Source of the DNA: a virus
Taxonomy: Duplodnaviria; Caudoviricetes
DNA length: 55,319 nt
IMG/VR virus record: IMGVR_UViG_3300036835_000046
Coordinates: 1-55,319 of that record
Strand: one strand, 5' to 3'
Notes under the pieces: generated by a model
What the model was told of the DNA's origin: nothing
The model's database searches: none
Seen by the model: the letters and a program-made list of their open reading frames with translations, nothing else
Part shown: piece by piece, positions 35,836 to 45,981 of the stretch
Numbering within the stretch: the stretch's first letter is position 1
Layout: the number at the start of each line of letters is the position of its first letter
Translations under genes and position numbers: made by a program

Positions 35836-36186
35836 CTACTGCTCGGTAAAGCCCTGCACTTGCGCTTCTGACGTTGCCGGTGCCAGCGGCAACTCCTCGG
35901 AGTCAGGAGTGATGACGTTCTGGACGACCGTCATGCCGCTTGCCTTTGGCACGCCTGCCTCAGACAGCGAGTCCCAGTTCTGGGACCCCTCCATGAACTT
36001 GACGATGATCCCCCACACCGCCGCCACCGCGCTGAGCATGACACTGCCCTTGGCAATCGCCTCTGTCGCTGGCGAGCCGGGGACAAGGTTAGTTTCCAGC
36101 GTCGTGACGAACGCTGCAATGGCAGCAAGGATGCCGCTGATCGCGGCGATCCGATTCGGTGTGAAGACTTGCTTGATCTTCTTCAT
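35836..36186 (-). CDS. holin-like protein
   Basis: Two TM segments, basic N-terminus, located downstream of the endolysin. Confidence 0.65.
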   Translation of the reverse strand: MKKIKQVFTPNRIAAISGILAAIAAFVTTLETNLVPGSPATEAIAKGSVMLSAVAAVWGIIVKFMEGSQNWDSLSEAGVPKASGMTVVQNVITPDSEELPLAPATSEAQVQGFTEQ

Positions 36187-36455
36187 ACGCCCAGTGGGTT
36201 GCCGTCAGGGACGTTCGGCTCCTCGGGCAGCGGGTCGAAGTCGGGCGCGTTGGGGTCGTCATCCGGGTTGTCGTACTCCGGAGACGGCAGCGGCTCATCG
36301 CCCTGCGGCTCCGTGTTCTCGGGCTGACCGGCGACGAACTCCTCCTCGACCTCGCTGTCGTCGTGGACCTCCTGGTAGTCGTTGATGGCATCGGACATGT
36401 AGCCGTCCGGCAGATGGGCGTCCGACCCCTTCGGATTCAGGTCAGGTGTTGACAT
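36183..36455 (-). CDS. acidic Pro-rich small protein
   Basis: AGGAGG RBS; lies between endolysin and holin. Confidence 0.7.
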   Translation of the reverse strand: MSTPDLNPKGSDAHLPDGYMSDAINDYQEVHDDSEVEEEFVAGQPENTEPQGDEPLPSPEYDNPDDDPNAPDFDPLPEEPNVPDGNPLGV

Positions 36456-36468
36456 CCGTGTTGTCCTC

Positions 36469-37518
36469 CTAGCTGGGGTCGCGGACCAGGCACCAGCCGA
36501 CCACTTGGCCACGCCGGTTGTGGCGCGCGACCTCGCCGCCGTTGAAGTTGGAGCCGTTGCTGGACGAGGTGTTGCCCTCGATCATGTCGTACGGGGCCTT
36601 CTCGACCGTGGCGAAGTGACAGGTCGAGCAGGAGATCACCGCATGGTCACCTGGCCTGACACGACTGGGATCGGTGGTGAACGCCTTGTAGATGCCCTGG
36701 CCCTTGATGGCCAGTTGCATGTTCAGGAACACCGACGCCGTGCCGCTGCCCTTGACACCGACATCCCACGCCTGGCAGACCGCGAAGCAGGCGCACCAGG
36801 CCACGCCGTCGCCGCCGAACACGCGCTTCTGCCAGCCGCTCGGCTGCGGTGAGCCACGGTTGGAGCCACGCGGGCTTTCGTGGACGCCGATGAAGCTGGC
36901 AGCTTGCTTGACGGCCTTCGCGCGCCAGTCGGCCGGTGTGTTCTTCTCGGCCTTGCCCCACTTGTCATGGGACTTGTCCCAGGACTTGTACGCCTCGCCG
37001 GTCCTGGTGGCCACGCACAGCGCACGCCAGCGAGCGCGCCGCCCGTACTTCTCGTTGTTGGGGTCGTTGTTGCTCAGCAGCCGGTACAACTGCTTGCGCC
37101 GGTTGACAAGCCAGTTGGTGCAGTCCTGCTTGCGCTTCTTCTGCTCGGCCGTCGTGCTGGTGACCCACATCCAGCACTCGCGCTCCTCGATGTACGCCTT
37201 CTCGGCATCGGTGCAGACCGCAGGAGCAGGCAGATTGACACGGTGCTTGGGCGCACCGCTCTTGCACTTGCCGAGGAAGTTGTAGCGCGAGCGCCGATGC
37301 GCATGCTCCCAGCCCGGCGTTCCAGCAACATCGCCGTTGGCAAGGTCCTTGATGAGCTTGCGCTGCTTCTCGATCCAGGTGTGACACTCGGCCTGACGCT
37401 TCCGCTGGGCCGTGTCAAACCCCGGCCAATGCTCGATCAGCCGTAGGGTCGTGAACTCGTTCCAGTGCGCCTTCTCGGCGTCTGTCAGGTCACTGTACTT
37501 TCCTACTGGTGCCGCCAT
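36469..37518 (-). CDS. endolysin with C-terminal CHAP domain
   Basis: IGVHESPRGSNRG...AWCACF...HFATV...IEGNTS; duplicated helical N-terminal domain. Confidence 0.8.
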   Translation of the reverse strand: MAAPVGKYSDLTDAEKAHWNEFTTLRLIEHWPGFDTAQRKRQAECHTWIEKQRKLIKDLANGDVAGTPGWEHAHRRSRYNFLGKCKSGAPKHRVNLPAPAVCTDAEKAYIEERECWMWVTSTTAEQKKRKQDCTNWLVNRRKQLYRLLSNNDPNNEKYGRRARWRALCVATRTGEAYKSWDKSHDKWGKAEKNTPADWRAKAVKQAASFIGVHESPRGSNRGSPQPSGWQKRVFGGDGVAWCACFAVCQAWDVGVKGSGTASVFLNMQLAIKGQGIYKAFTTDPSRVRPGDHAVISCSTCHFATVEKAPYDMIEGNTSSSNGSNFNGGEVARHNRRGQVVGWCLVRDPS

Positions 37519-38240
37519 TAGGCTGCCGCCCCCTGTGGTTGTGGCGCAGGGATCGGAGCAGGCTCGCCAAACAACTGCTCCAGTTGCTCCTTGCGCTTCT
37601 TGTTGGCTGTGTTCTTGACAAGTGTGTTGGCTACGTCTTCGGGGTCGAAGCCCTGGCCGACGAGCCGCCGATGCAGTTCCACGAACTCCGCATCGGTCAG
37701 TGAGTTGAGCGTGGCCGACGACCAGCCCTTCGGTGCCTTGACCTGCACGACCACGTTGTCCTGCGGGTTGCTGTCGAGCGTGCTGCGCAGTGTCGGGGCC
37801 ATCTGGTCAACCATGTAGTCGAGCCGCTGGGAGCGCACATCGTTGAGCCAGAGATCGACGCGGGCCTGCGTGACATCGATCCCGTACTGCTCCAGCCACT
37901 TTGACGCCTCGCCCATGTTCATCTCCTCCATCAGCCCCGCCGCACGGCGCACCAAGTCGCGTCGCTTGTCAAGTGCTGACTGAGGGATGTTTGCCTTCTG
38001 GGCCTGCGTCTGCTTGACCACCTTGGCAGCAGTTCCACCGCCACCGTCGCCTCCCTTGGCCTTGCCATCGCCCTTGGCAGTGAAGCGACCGGAGGCCACG
38101 TCGGCGTTCGGGTTGCCGCTGACCGCACCTCGGAAGATGGCACCGGCGTTGTCGGGTTGAGCAGCGACCTGGCCTGGCGCTCGGGCTGCCAGCATGATCG
38201 GCGGCGTGTCATCATCACTGGTGATTACAAACTCGCTCAT
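37518..38240 (-). CDS. hypothetical protein, possibly head-associated
   Basis: GNPNADVASGRFT motif resembles those in phage head/MuF-associated proteins. Confidence 0.7.
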   Translation of the reverse strand: MSEFVITSDDDTPPIMLAARAPGQVAAQPDNAGAIFRGAVSGNPNADVASGRFTAKGDGKAKGGDGGGGTAAKVVKQTQAQKANIPQSALDKRRDLVRRAAGLMEEMNMGEASKWLEQYGIDVTQARVDLWLNDVRSQRLDYMVDQMAPTLRSTLDSNPQDNVVVQVKAPKGWSSATLNSLTDAEFVELHRRLVGQGFDPEDVANTLVKNTANKKRKEQLEQLFGEPAPIPAPQPQGAAA

Positions 38241-38243
38241 CGT

Positions 38244-38735
38244 TCACCCCACTACGCAGGCCAGAATCCTCTTTTGACCGCCAGGACTATTGACGGTGAT
38301 CTGCTGGAGCGAAGATCCGGCCGGACAGTTCATTGCTCCTGACGGACCCTGGGGGCCTTCTGGTCCTTGAGGACCACGCGGGCCGGTAGCTCCTTGTGGC
38401 CCACGCGCTCCAGTCTCTCCCTTGTTTCCATCAGCGCCCTTGTCACCCTTCGAGCCGGTGGCACCTGTCTCACCCTTGGGGCCTGTTGCTCCTGTCGCTC
38501 CAGCGGGTCCCTGCGGCCCCGGAGGGCCTTGCGTGAGCTTGACCGGCCCCAATTGCAGGGTGATGTTGCGTGGTCCCTTGCACGACCCCTCACGCACGTT
38601 GAGATCGCCCTTCGTCTCGATCCCGCCCCAGTTCTGCGCGCAGACATGGATGACACCAGGGTTGCCTTGCGCCCCAGCGATCCCTGCCCCGGCCAGCAGG
38701 GTCGATACCACCGCTATTGCTAGTACGTGTCTCAT
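38244..38735 (-). CDS. secreted collagen-like protein
   Basis: Signal peptide plus about 20 Gly-X-Y triplets. Confidence 0.85.
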   Translation of the reverse strand: MRHVLAIAVVSTLLAGAGIAGAQGNPGVIHVCAQNWGGIETKGDLNVREGSCKGPRNITLQLGPVKLTQGPPGPQGPAGATGATGPKGETGATGSKGDKGADGNKGETGARGPQGATGPRGPQGPEGPQGPSGAMNCPAGSSLQQITVNSPGGQKRILACVVG

Positions 38736-41491
38736 GGGTGTGCGATCAGCCAGCCGCCCAACTCGGTCAGGTACTCGTCGGTGCCATCGGCGTCGAACAT
38801 GATGAACGCGGTTGACGTGTCGTTGTCGAAGTAGGCCGTCGCTCCCTCGGGGGCGTCGTCCGGCATCTCATGGACGTACACGATGGAGAAGTTGGCGCGG
38901 GCGATGGGGACGAAGCCGAGCACGCCGTAGGGGTGCTCCTTCCACATCTCCTTCCACGCCTCCTTGACGGTGAACAGGGTGTTGTCACGGCGCTTGCACT
39001 CCTCGTCGTGCTCGATCCCATCCGTCGCCCTGACGTACTTGATCCCGTTGGCCTCGGCACTGATGAGCGTGGCCGCGTTCACCGCATCGCGTGTCTCCGA
39101 CCTTGCCACTCGGTCGGCCTTGTGGCCCTCGAAGCCGCTGAAGTGCGCCCGCACCTGATCCGCGATCTCGTCAGCGGTCAGCCCATCCTGCATCTGCTTG
39201 ACGAGGAAGTCGCGTAGCTCGTTGCGGACCGTCTGGTGGGTGAGCTTGATGAGCCGTGCCGACTGGCGCGCCAGCCAGTCGTCAAGTTGCTTGTCGTCCC
39301 ACTCGGTGTCGATCCGGCTCCGGGACTTCTCCAAGTCCTGCGCTCGCTCCGCGATCCGCCGCAGCAGCGCCTCCGACTTCTCCCGTAGCTGCTGCATCTT
39401 CTCGGACTCGTCGCCCCAGGTGGCGAGCAGCGTGTTCGCCAGCTTCGTCGCTGCCTTCTTCGTCATGGCGATGATCTTGTCAGGCTTCTTGTCAGCGAAC
39501 ATCATGATGATCGACTCGACGTTGACCGAGCGGAACTCGTCGTCGTCCAGGTTGACATCTGCTGGTTCGAGCTTGGCCGTGGCCACGTGACCGGCGAACT
39601 CCGGGTAGAGGTTGCGGTAGTAGCCGAGCCACAGCCGCCGCAGTTGCAGCATCAGCGAGCGGATCGTCCTGTCGCTGTAGTGGTAGGTGCTGGGCAGGCC
39701 CGCCACGAAGTCATCGATCTCGCTCAGTTCGATCAACTCGCGTCCGGCCACGTACATCATCGGCGTCACGTGCGGCTCGTCGCTGAAGCCCATGGCCGAA
39801 TTGTTGTTGCCATTGGCAGTGACACCCGGCGCTGAGCCACCGGCCTGAAAGCCGGGGTTGACAGCCGGGTTGCGAATGATGCCGATGCCGTTGGCAGTCG
39901 GCGTCACGCCGGGAGGCTGCGCGTTGGCCTGCTGCTGGATCATGAGCGCCTGGTCGGCTGCCAACTGGGCTGGCGTCTTCAGTGGCGTTCCAGAGCGCCG
40001 GAAGATCTCGACCAGATCGACCATGGAGAAGGCGTTCGGGTTGCTCTGGCCGATCAACTGGAGCACCTGCTTGTAGAACTCGATGTCCTCCTTGCGGAAG
40101 CCGTGCGACACCTTCTTCGCCCTGCCACCATTGTTGATGAAATCGGGGAAGTTGAGCGTGAGCAACTGCGGCAGCCACAGCCGGTTGATCTCGTCATCGA
40201 TCTCGGCCATGTCGAGTTCGAGCGATTCGGTCAGCATCTCGGCCATCTGCTCCGCGATGTTGCCACCTGTGTTGCCACCGCTCTGGTTGCCGCCGATGAA
40301 GGCCAGGTCCGGCACCCAGATCGAGCGCAGCTTCATGATGTTGATGTAGTTGAACCTGTCATCGAACACCTTGAGCGATTCCCAGGGCGTCTCCATGAAC
40401 TTGAAGTCCCACTCGCGCTGGGTGGCCGACGAGTCGAGGCCCGCTGTCGCCATAGTTGACGGGACGGCGGCGACAGCGTTCGCCCTGATCCGCTCCGCTG
40501 CCTCCAGCGCGATCTCCCAGTTGGGCCGCGTCTCGCCCGTCTCGGCATCGACAAGCGTGCTGCCCTCCGGGTGGTAGGCAAGCACTGGCGGGATCGCCAG
40601 GCGCTCATACGCCCGGTTGGACATCATGAACAGGAAGCGGTAGGCCCACCAGTAGTCCCGCGCGAAGCCGATGCGCGGGTAGCCGTACATCGAGCCGTGC
40701 TCCTCGTTCTTCTGGTTGACAGCCCAGTACGAGTGCCAGATGTCAATCTGCCTGACGCTCTGGTTGCCCTTCTGGCTGCTGGCCTTGAAGCCCGACGCCT
40801 TGTTGCGCTGGGCGGGCGGCACCTCGTAGGCCATGCCGGTGAACTCGCCCGTCTTGTCATCGAACTGCGGCGTCGTCTGCTCGGGCCGCAGCGCCACCGG
40901 GTTCTTGTAGATGATCGGGTTGACGTTGCCCTCGTTCCAGGCGGGCTGCTGCGCCTTGGCAGGGTCGGTGGCAGTCGGGTCACTCCAGGTGCCACCGGGG
41001 TTCTGGAAGATGAAGCGCTTGACGATCCCCTGGAAGCCGAAGTCCTTGCATAGCTCGCGCTGGAAGATCAGCGTGGCGTAGATGCCCCGCAGGCAAGCGT
41101 CAAGAAAGGCGCTGATCTGCGGATTGGGACCGTTGTTGTCATACGCCTCGATGTGCCACTCCGCGCGCACCAGCGGCACCTTCATGTAGTGCAGTCCGAA
41201 CGCGACCATCGGGTCCTTGCGGATCTGGCGAAGCTGCGCCAGCGTCACGCGCTCCGCATCGAACGGCGGACCGAGCGTGTCTCGCTGGGCTTGCCATGTG
41301 GTCTGGTCCGGCGTCTGCTCCGCGAGCGTCGGAGCCTGCTCGGACCCCAGCACCGACTTGACTTGCTTGTCAAGCTCCTTGGGATCGATGACGGTCGTCT
41401 CGATCTTCGCCTTGGCCTGCTGAGCCGCGCCCATCTTCACCGCTCTGGCGGTTGACACCGGGGCGCGAGCACCGCGTGCGACAGTGGGCAT
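38732..41491 (-). CDS. portal protein fused to a MuF-like minor head domain
   Basis: Follows TerL; [13 protein letters not shown] portal-like motifs; C-terminal [14 protein letters not shown]...DEEC...EHPYG MuF-like pattern. Confidence 0.8.
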   Translation of the reverse strand: MPTVARGARAPVSTARAVKMGAAQQAKAKIETTVIDPKELDKQVKSVLGSEQAPTLAEQTPDQTTWQAQRDTLGPPFDAERVTLAQLRQIRKDPMVAFGLHYMKVPLVRAEWHIEAYDNNGPNPQISAFLDACLRGIYATLIFQRELCKDFGFQGIVKRFIFQNPGGTWSDPTATDPAKAQQPAWNEGNVNPIIYKNPVALRPEQTTPQFDDKTGEFTGMAYEVPPAQRNKASGFKASSQKGNQSVRQIDIWHSYWAVNQKNEEHGSMYGYPRIGFARDYWWAYRFLFMMSNRAYERLAIPPVLAYHPEGSTLVDAETGETRPNWEIALEAAERIRANAVAAVPSTMATAGLDSSATQREWDFKFMETPWESLKVFDDRFNYINIMKLRSIWVPDLAFIGGNQSGGNTGGNIAEQMAEMLTESLELDMAEIDDEINRLWLPQLLTLNFPDFINNGGRAKKVSHGFRKEDIEFYKQVLQLIGQSNPNAFSMVDLVEIFRRSGTPLKTPAQLAADQALMIQQQANAQPPGVTPTANGIGIIRNPAVNPGFQAGGSAPGVTANGNNNSAMGFSDEPHVTPMMYVAGRELIELSEIDDFVAGLPSTYHYSDRTIRSLMLQLRRLWLGYYRNLYPEFAGHVATAKLEPADVNLDDDEFRSVNVESIIMMFADKKPDKIIAMTKKAATKLANTLLATWGDESEKMQQLREKSEALLRRIAERAQDLEKSRSRIDTEWDDKQLDDWLARQSARLIKLTHQTVRNELRDFLVKQMQDGLTADEIADQVRAHFSGFEGHKADRVARSETRDAVNAATLISAEANGIKYVRATDGIEHDEECKRRDNTLFTVKEAWKEMWKEHPYGVLGFVPIARANFSIVYVHEMPDDAPEGATAYFDNDTSTAFIMFDADGTDEYLTELGGWLIAHP

Positions 41492-41504
41492 GTCAACTAC
41501 CTTC

Positions 41505-43565
41505 CTATCTCAATGTGAACTGGGGGTCCAGGTGAACCTGCGTGCCGCCTGAGAACGCCACCTCGCCGTGGCGCTCCTGTCCATCTTCCATCGCTCGTCG
41601 TCCTGCTGAGACGGTCATCGCACGCCGCTCTCGCCGGTTGGCAGAAGGCATCCCTTGCTGCACTCCACCAGCCGTCACACGCTTGCGGGTCTTGTCCTGC
41701 TCGATGACCTCCGCATTGGCAATTCCGTACCGCCACGCCGCCATTGCGTGATTGTATCTGTCAAGTTCCTTGCCTGTCTTCGGGTTCTTCTGCCAGACCT
41801 CGACCTCCTCGCAGAACATCTCGCAAGCGTCGATGTCAACAGCAAACCTGTCATCCACGACGAGGTTCTGCACGACCTCGATCAGACGCCCCTTGTCGCG
41901 CGTCTTGACAGGCCAATCGGACTTCATGCCATGGTTGACGAAGATCAGCCGGTCACCCTTGCCAGCCGGATCACAGAAGCGCCCGTTCACTCGCCAGGCT
42001 TGACCGCCAACTTCCTTGTCGCGCTTGTAGGCGTCCTCTACCTGGACGACTCTCTTTGCGAGCGTAGCGCTGTCAATACCAGCGACATAGATCTCGCGGA
42101 AGCAGACATACGTGCCCGCCGCCAACCAGATGGGTTGGTAGTTGAAGTCGATGCCTGGGACCTCTGAGGTGAGGTACTGGAACCAGAGCACGCAGGCAGG
42201 ATGCCCGGTTCCCCAGTCAACGCCCTGGTAGATCGGTCCGTAGAGCCGGTGCGGGACGTAGTTTCTGATCCCGTACTGGGGGAGCGACCAGCCAGGGATG
42301 TATGCGTTCTCGTCTTTTCCTTCACGACACTCATGTTGTAGCACCCACGTCCCCGGCGTGTTGCGCTTGAATGTCTGTCGCACATCGATGTAAGGTTTCC
42401 AACCACGGCCCCGGAACGCCTTGCCGTCAACAACCTTGCCATCTTCGTAGACGGCGCAGACGTGGTTGAGTCTACGTGGTTCACCGACCAACTCAGGTGT
42501 CGGTGCCTCGTTGCCCCAGCGGCCCTTGGCCACGCGGTGACACTGACAAGTCTCTTTCGGGTCCAGCCCCAGTTCCTTGCAGCGCTTGCGCCGCTCACGC
42601 AGAGGTGCGCACTGGCAGTTTGCCACCTCGGCTGCCGTCTCCCAGATGCACCAGCGGTACACCTCGAACAACGGAATGTCACCTGCCTTGAGATCCGCTG
42701 CCACCTCGTCCAAGAGCGTCTGCATGCGGCCCTTGAGCGAGTTCCGGGTGGACGTGGCGATGTCCTGCGGCGGGATCACACCCCGGAACTGCTCCATGAA
42801 CGAGGGCAGTTGCCCCTTCGCTGGCAAGGACACTGCCATGCCTCGGGACTGGTTCCAGACCGCTTCCTCCATCATGTCGATCTCGTCGGCATGCGCCTTG
42901 GCAGGGTGCGGGCCAGAGACGGCATTCTCTGAACCGGCAACCACCTCGACCTTGGAGCCGGTCTTCCAGACGGTGTGCGACTGGAGCGGCTTGCCCCGGA
43001 TGAAGTCCTTTACTATGTCAGTACGCCTGCCAGTCTCCTTGTCGATCTCGTAGCACCATTCCTCGATGTGCGCATAGCAGCGCTGACCCTGGCCCTCGGT
43101 GGCACCGAAGGACATCGACTCGCACCCAGCCTTGTAGGTGGAGTTCAGGAAGTGCAGACAGGCGACAATGAACGTCTTAGAGCCACCTCGGTTGGCAAGT
43201 GCCAAGGCTGCTGATACACGCTCGAAGTAGAGATCGGCTAGGAACTGAAAGGGTGCGACGTGATCCGGGCAGACAGCGACACGTGGGATGTCAACTCGAA
43301 GGTTGACCTTCACCCACAGATGAAGCTCGTCGTCGTTCTGCGGACCGTCGCTTCGCAGCTTCCTCGTAAGCGTTTGGACGCGGCGCACGATCTCGCGCAG
43401 TGCCACCTCGTCCATTTCCGTTAGCACCTGAGGTGTCACTCCCAGCTTCCGCAGCAGCGGCGGGATGTCCTGCTCCGTTATGTCGCTGAGGATGACCTTC
43501 TCCCGCTCCTTCTTCTTGCGGGATGTCTTCGTAGGCGGTGGCTTCGATGACCTCTGGGAGCGCAC
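41505..43565 (-). CDS. terL: terminase large subunit (start uncertain)
   Basis: ANRGGSKT Walker A, SGPHP..AHADEID Walker B, TST coupling motif, YQGVDWG nuclease motif. Confidence 0.88.
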   Translation of the reverse strand: MRSQRSSKPPPTKTSRKKKEREKVILSDITEQDIPPLLRKLGVTPQVLTEMDEVALREIVRRVQTLTRKLRSDGPQNDDELHLWVKVNLRVDIPRVAVCPDHVAPFQFLADLYFERVSAALALANRGGSKTFIVACLHFLNSTYKAGCESMSFGATEGQGQRCYAHIEEWCYEIDKETGRRTDIVKDFIRGKPLQSHTVWKTGSKVEVVAGSENAVSGPHPAKAHADEIDMMEEAVWNQSRGMAVSLPAKGQLPSFMEQFRGVIPPQDIATSTRNSLKGRMQTLLDEVAADLKAGDIPLFEVYRWCIWETAAEVANCQCAPLRERRKRCKELGLDPKETCQCHRVAKGRWGNEAPTPELVGEPRRLNHVCAVYEDGKVVDGKAFRGRGWKPYIDVRQTFKRNTPGTWVLQHECREGKDENAYIPGWSLPQYGIRNYVPHRLYGPIYQGVDWGTGHPACVLWFQYLTSEVPGIDFNYQPIWLAAGTYVCFREIYVAGIDSATLAKRVVQVEDAYKRDKEVGGQAWRVNGRFCDPAGKGDRLIFVNHGMKSDWPVKTRDKGRLIEVVQNLVVDDRFAVDIDACEMFCEEVEVWQKNPKTGKELDRYNHAMAAWRYGIANAEVIEQDKTRKRVTAGGVQQGMPSANRRERRAMTVSAGRRAMEDGQERHGEVAFSGGTQVHLDPQFTLR

Positions 43566-44076
43566 GCGCCGCTGTGTCGATGTAGGCGGCGGTTTGTCGG
43601 TCACCAAAGAGTGCAAAGAGCGTGCCAAGCAACTCCTCCTTCGTCTGGTTGTCGATGTCGGCGGACTCCTCGTCCAGTTGCAGCTTGGCCTCGCGGTTCT
43701 CGATGTCCATCGCCAAGCGAACGGCATCAAGGTTGGCCTTTGTGCCAGCGTCAGGATCAAGTGCCCTGTCAAGAGCCTGGCGCAGCTTGGGCTGGAGGCG
43801 AGTGCGGACGTACTCCGCAAGCGACTGCGCGGCACGCTGACGCGGCCGTCCTGCTCCAGCTTGAGCGCCGCCAAAGCGACCCTGGAAGATCATCTGGTAG
43901 GCACGGACCTGCGGCTCCTTGTGGTACACGTACTTGCCAAGGGCCGTGTCATACTTGGGCGGCTCATGCCCCCTGTCAACCAGCCATTCGAGCGCCGCGA
44001 CCTGATGTTCGTTCAGACCAACGTCGTTCTCAGGCGGGATGTCATCACCGTCTGGAGGGACCAATGCCGCTGCCAT
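43291..44076 (-). CDS. terminase small subunit (putative)
   Basis: FGGAQAGAGRPR motif; immediately upstream of TerL. Confidence 0.6.
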   Translation of the reverse strand: MAAALVPPDGDDIPPENDVGLNEHQVAALEWLVDRGHEPPKYDTALGKYVYHKEPQVRAYQMIFQGRFGGAQAGAGRPRQRAAQSLAEYVRTRLQPKLRQALDRALDPDAGTKANLDAVRLAMDIENREAKLQLDEESADIDNQTKEELLGTLFALFGDRQTAAYIDTAARALPEVIEATAYEDIPQEEGAGEGHPQRHNGAGHPAAAAEAGSDTSGANGNGRGGTARDRAPRPNAYEEAAKRRSAERRRASSVGEGQPSS

Positions 44077-44089
44077 GCAGGCATTCTAC
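44074..44089 (-). promoter_or_regulatory. putative leaderless promoter of the packaging operon
   Basis: GTAGAATGCC-NN-CATG; no SD before the ATG. Confidence 0.5.
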
Positions 44090-44094
44090 ATGCC

Positions 44095-45072
44095 CTATGG
44101 ATGGGATGCTGGCTTGAAGCGCGTATCGTGCGCCCTGGACGGCGGAAGCAGCATCCGCTCGCGGAAATGGCCCGTCTCGCTCTCGTAGCCGATGTACGTG
44201 CGGTTGGGGCCGTCCTCGATCACCCAGTCCCACTCTGGCAGGTCCCTGAGGTCCAGTTCCCGGACCCTCAGCACCACTTCCAGCAGCCCCAGATCGACCG
44301 TCAGGACAGGACTTCTGTAACTTCTATTGGCACGTTTCGTGATGCCGTACCCGATCAGAGCGCGACGTATCACCCGCTCTGACACATTGGCCTGCCCCAT
44401 AATCGTCTGGAGATATGTCAAGCCACCTATCGTGAAGTTGGCTGTCTCCATGCCACGGTAGCGCTCGATCCGCTCCTTGTGGCCACGTGCGTTGAAGCTG
44501 CGCTCCGACGCCTCCCACTCACGCAGGAAGACGTAACGCGGCACCCTGCCCTTCTTCAGTGCGCGCCGGAATATGACAGCTTTGTTGTCATCAGCCTGGC
44601 AGTTGCGACACTTGGCCTTCAGGTAAAGCGCTTTAGTATCAGTACCACTGACAGGCATCTTGTGCGTGTTGTAGTCATCCTTGTCTTTGACCACGCCACA
44701 GCCCGAGCAGCGCTTGGCTGGCGGTCGCCGGTCGAAGCAGCCATCGACAATTGGACTGTCACGTACAGCCAGTCGGCGGGGCTGGCAGACCTCGCATGTC
44801 TCGGCCCGAGGCGAGATCTCACCGCCGCAGCGCGGACAAGTGCCACGCTGGTTGGCATACCAGTCATGCTTGGCCTTGCGTGTGCGTCGGCCGTCAGGAT
44901 CACTCAGCAGGGTTGACACAAAGCTGGGTGAAAAGCCCATCTCACGTGCTACCGCTGTCACCGACATGCCTTCGCCGCCACCGCCCTCCGTGCGCAGTGA
45001 CAGTGCGATTGCCGCTAGCTGACGGCGCGACTTACTTGCGTCGTTCGAGGACCGTCGGGGCGGCAAGGGCAT
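44095..45072 (-). CDS. HTH plus multi-zinc-finger DNA-binding protein
   Basis: SVTAVAREMGFSPSFVSTLL HTH; CPRC/CEVC/CSGC/CRNC. Confidence 0.7.
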   Translation of the reverse strand: MPLPPRRSSNDASKSRRQLAAIALSLRTEGGGGEGMSVTAVAREMGFSPSFVSTLLSDPDGRRTRKAKHDWYANQRGTCPRCGGEISPRAETCEVCQPRRLAVRDSPIVDGCFDRRPPAKRCSGCGVVKDKDDYNTHKMPVSGTDTKALYLKAKCRNCQADDNKAVIFRRALKKGRVPRYVFLREWEASERSFNARGHKERIERYRGMETANFTIGGLTYLQTIMGQANVSERVIRRALIGYGITKRANRSYRSPVLTVDLGLLEVVLRVRELDLRDLPEWDWVIEDGPNRTYIGYESETGHFRERMLLPPSRAHDTRFKPASHP

Positions 45073-45520
45073 GGGTATAAGCGTCCATTTGATCCGTGCC
45101 TCCCGATGTTTTGGCTAGTACCTTGACATCAGGATACTGCTTCTTGAACGCCTCCCACGCCTTGTCCTTGGACATGTTGCCCTGCCCCTTGAAGACGATG
45201 CTGCGGCTCTGAGAGGTGCCGGGGTTGAGCACGACCCCTCCGTAGCGGCTGGCGGCGAGCAGGGCGACTCCCTCATGGTGTGAGAGTGCTCGGATCACCG
45301 GCTTGGACTGGAACACGTCCAGCTTCTCAACCGCAATGACATCTGGCTTCATCGTCCGCAGCCAGAACCAGAGCCAGTTGTACTTGTCGCCCAGCATCTT
45401 GGGTGCACTGTCCTTTGGGTTGTCAGGTTTCCAGGTCACGGCCTGGATGCACTCGCCATTGACAACTAGGGCGATGGCAGAGAACCCGGTCTTCGCGTTG
45501 TCTACGCCACAACACCTCAT
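45032..45520 (-). CDS. ruvC: RuvC-like Holliday junction resolvase
   Basis: CGVDNAKTGFSAI, PDVIAVE, GNMSKD, DQMDAYTHALAA. Confidence 0.85.
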   Translation of the reverse strand: MRCCGVDNAKTGFSAIALVVNGECIQAVTWKPDNPKDSAPKMLGDKYNWLWFWLRTMKPDVIAVEKLDVFQSKPVIRALSHHEGVALLAASRYGGVVLNPGTSQSRSIVFKGQGNMSKDKAWEAFKKQYPDVKVLAKTSGGTDQMDAYTHALAAPTVLERRK

Positions 45521-45801
45521 CGGTCCCTCTCAGCTTGAGCGCCTACGGTCAGCCCGCTAGCGTAGCAGGCCACGAACAGATCCAGCGCGTACTTCTTGCG
45601 AGCGTGGAGGATTCGGTCGCTGTTCTCCCCCATCACCTCGCGGGCGAATGTCATTGTGCTTGGCACATCGAACTCGACCACGATCAGTCCGGCCTCGACG
45701 GTCGGCGTGTAGGCATCGAGCGAGCGCCGTCCAGGGAACACTCGCCCTGCCCGTTTGAGGACAAGTCCCCTGGCAGTCTCTAGGTCATCGTAGTCAATCA
45801 T
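45517..45801 (-). CDS. hypothetical protein
   Basis: AGGAG RBS. Confidence 0.7.
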   Translation of the reverse strand: MIDYDDLETARGLVLKRAGRVFPGRRSLDAYTPTVEAGLIVVEFDVPSTMTFAREVMGENSDRILHARKKYALDLFVACYASGLTVGAQAERDR

Positions 45802-45820
45802 GTTGCTCCTGAACGACGAA

Positions 45821-45842
45821 GGGGAGAGCCGAAGCCCTCCCC
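45821..45842 (-). terminator. cUUCGg hairpin
   Basis: GGGGAGGGC-TTCG-GCTCTCCCC, identical to 6963-6984. Confidence 0.55.
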
Positions 45843-45870
45843 TCCGCACCGGGCATGGTCGCCAGTGTTG

Positions 45871-45981
45871 TCAGTGTCGCTGCCGCAGGTACACGATGAG
45901 CGCCACGACGATGAGCAGTGCGACCACCGGCAGACGGCTCTCGTTGTGGCGGATCTTGACACTGATCTTGAAGTGGTCCAT
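45871..45981 (-). CDS. 36-aa membrane peptide
   Basis: Hand-translated MDHFKISVKIRHNESRLPVVALLIVVALIVYLRQRH; TGATG coupling. Confidence 0.55.
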   Translation of the reverse strand: MDHFKISVKIRHNESRLPVVALLIVVALIVYLRQRH

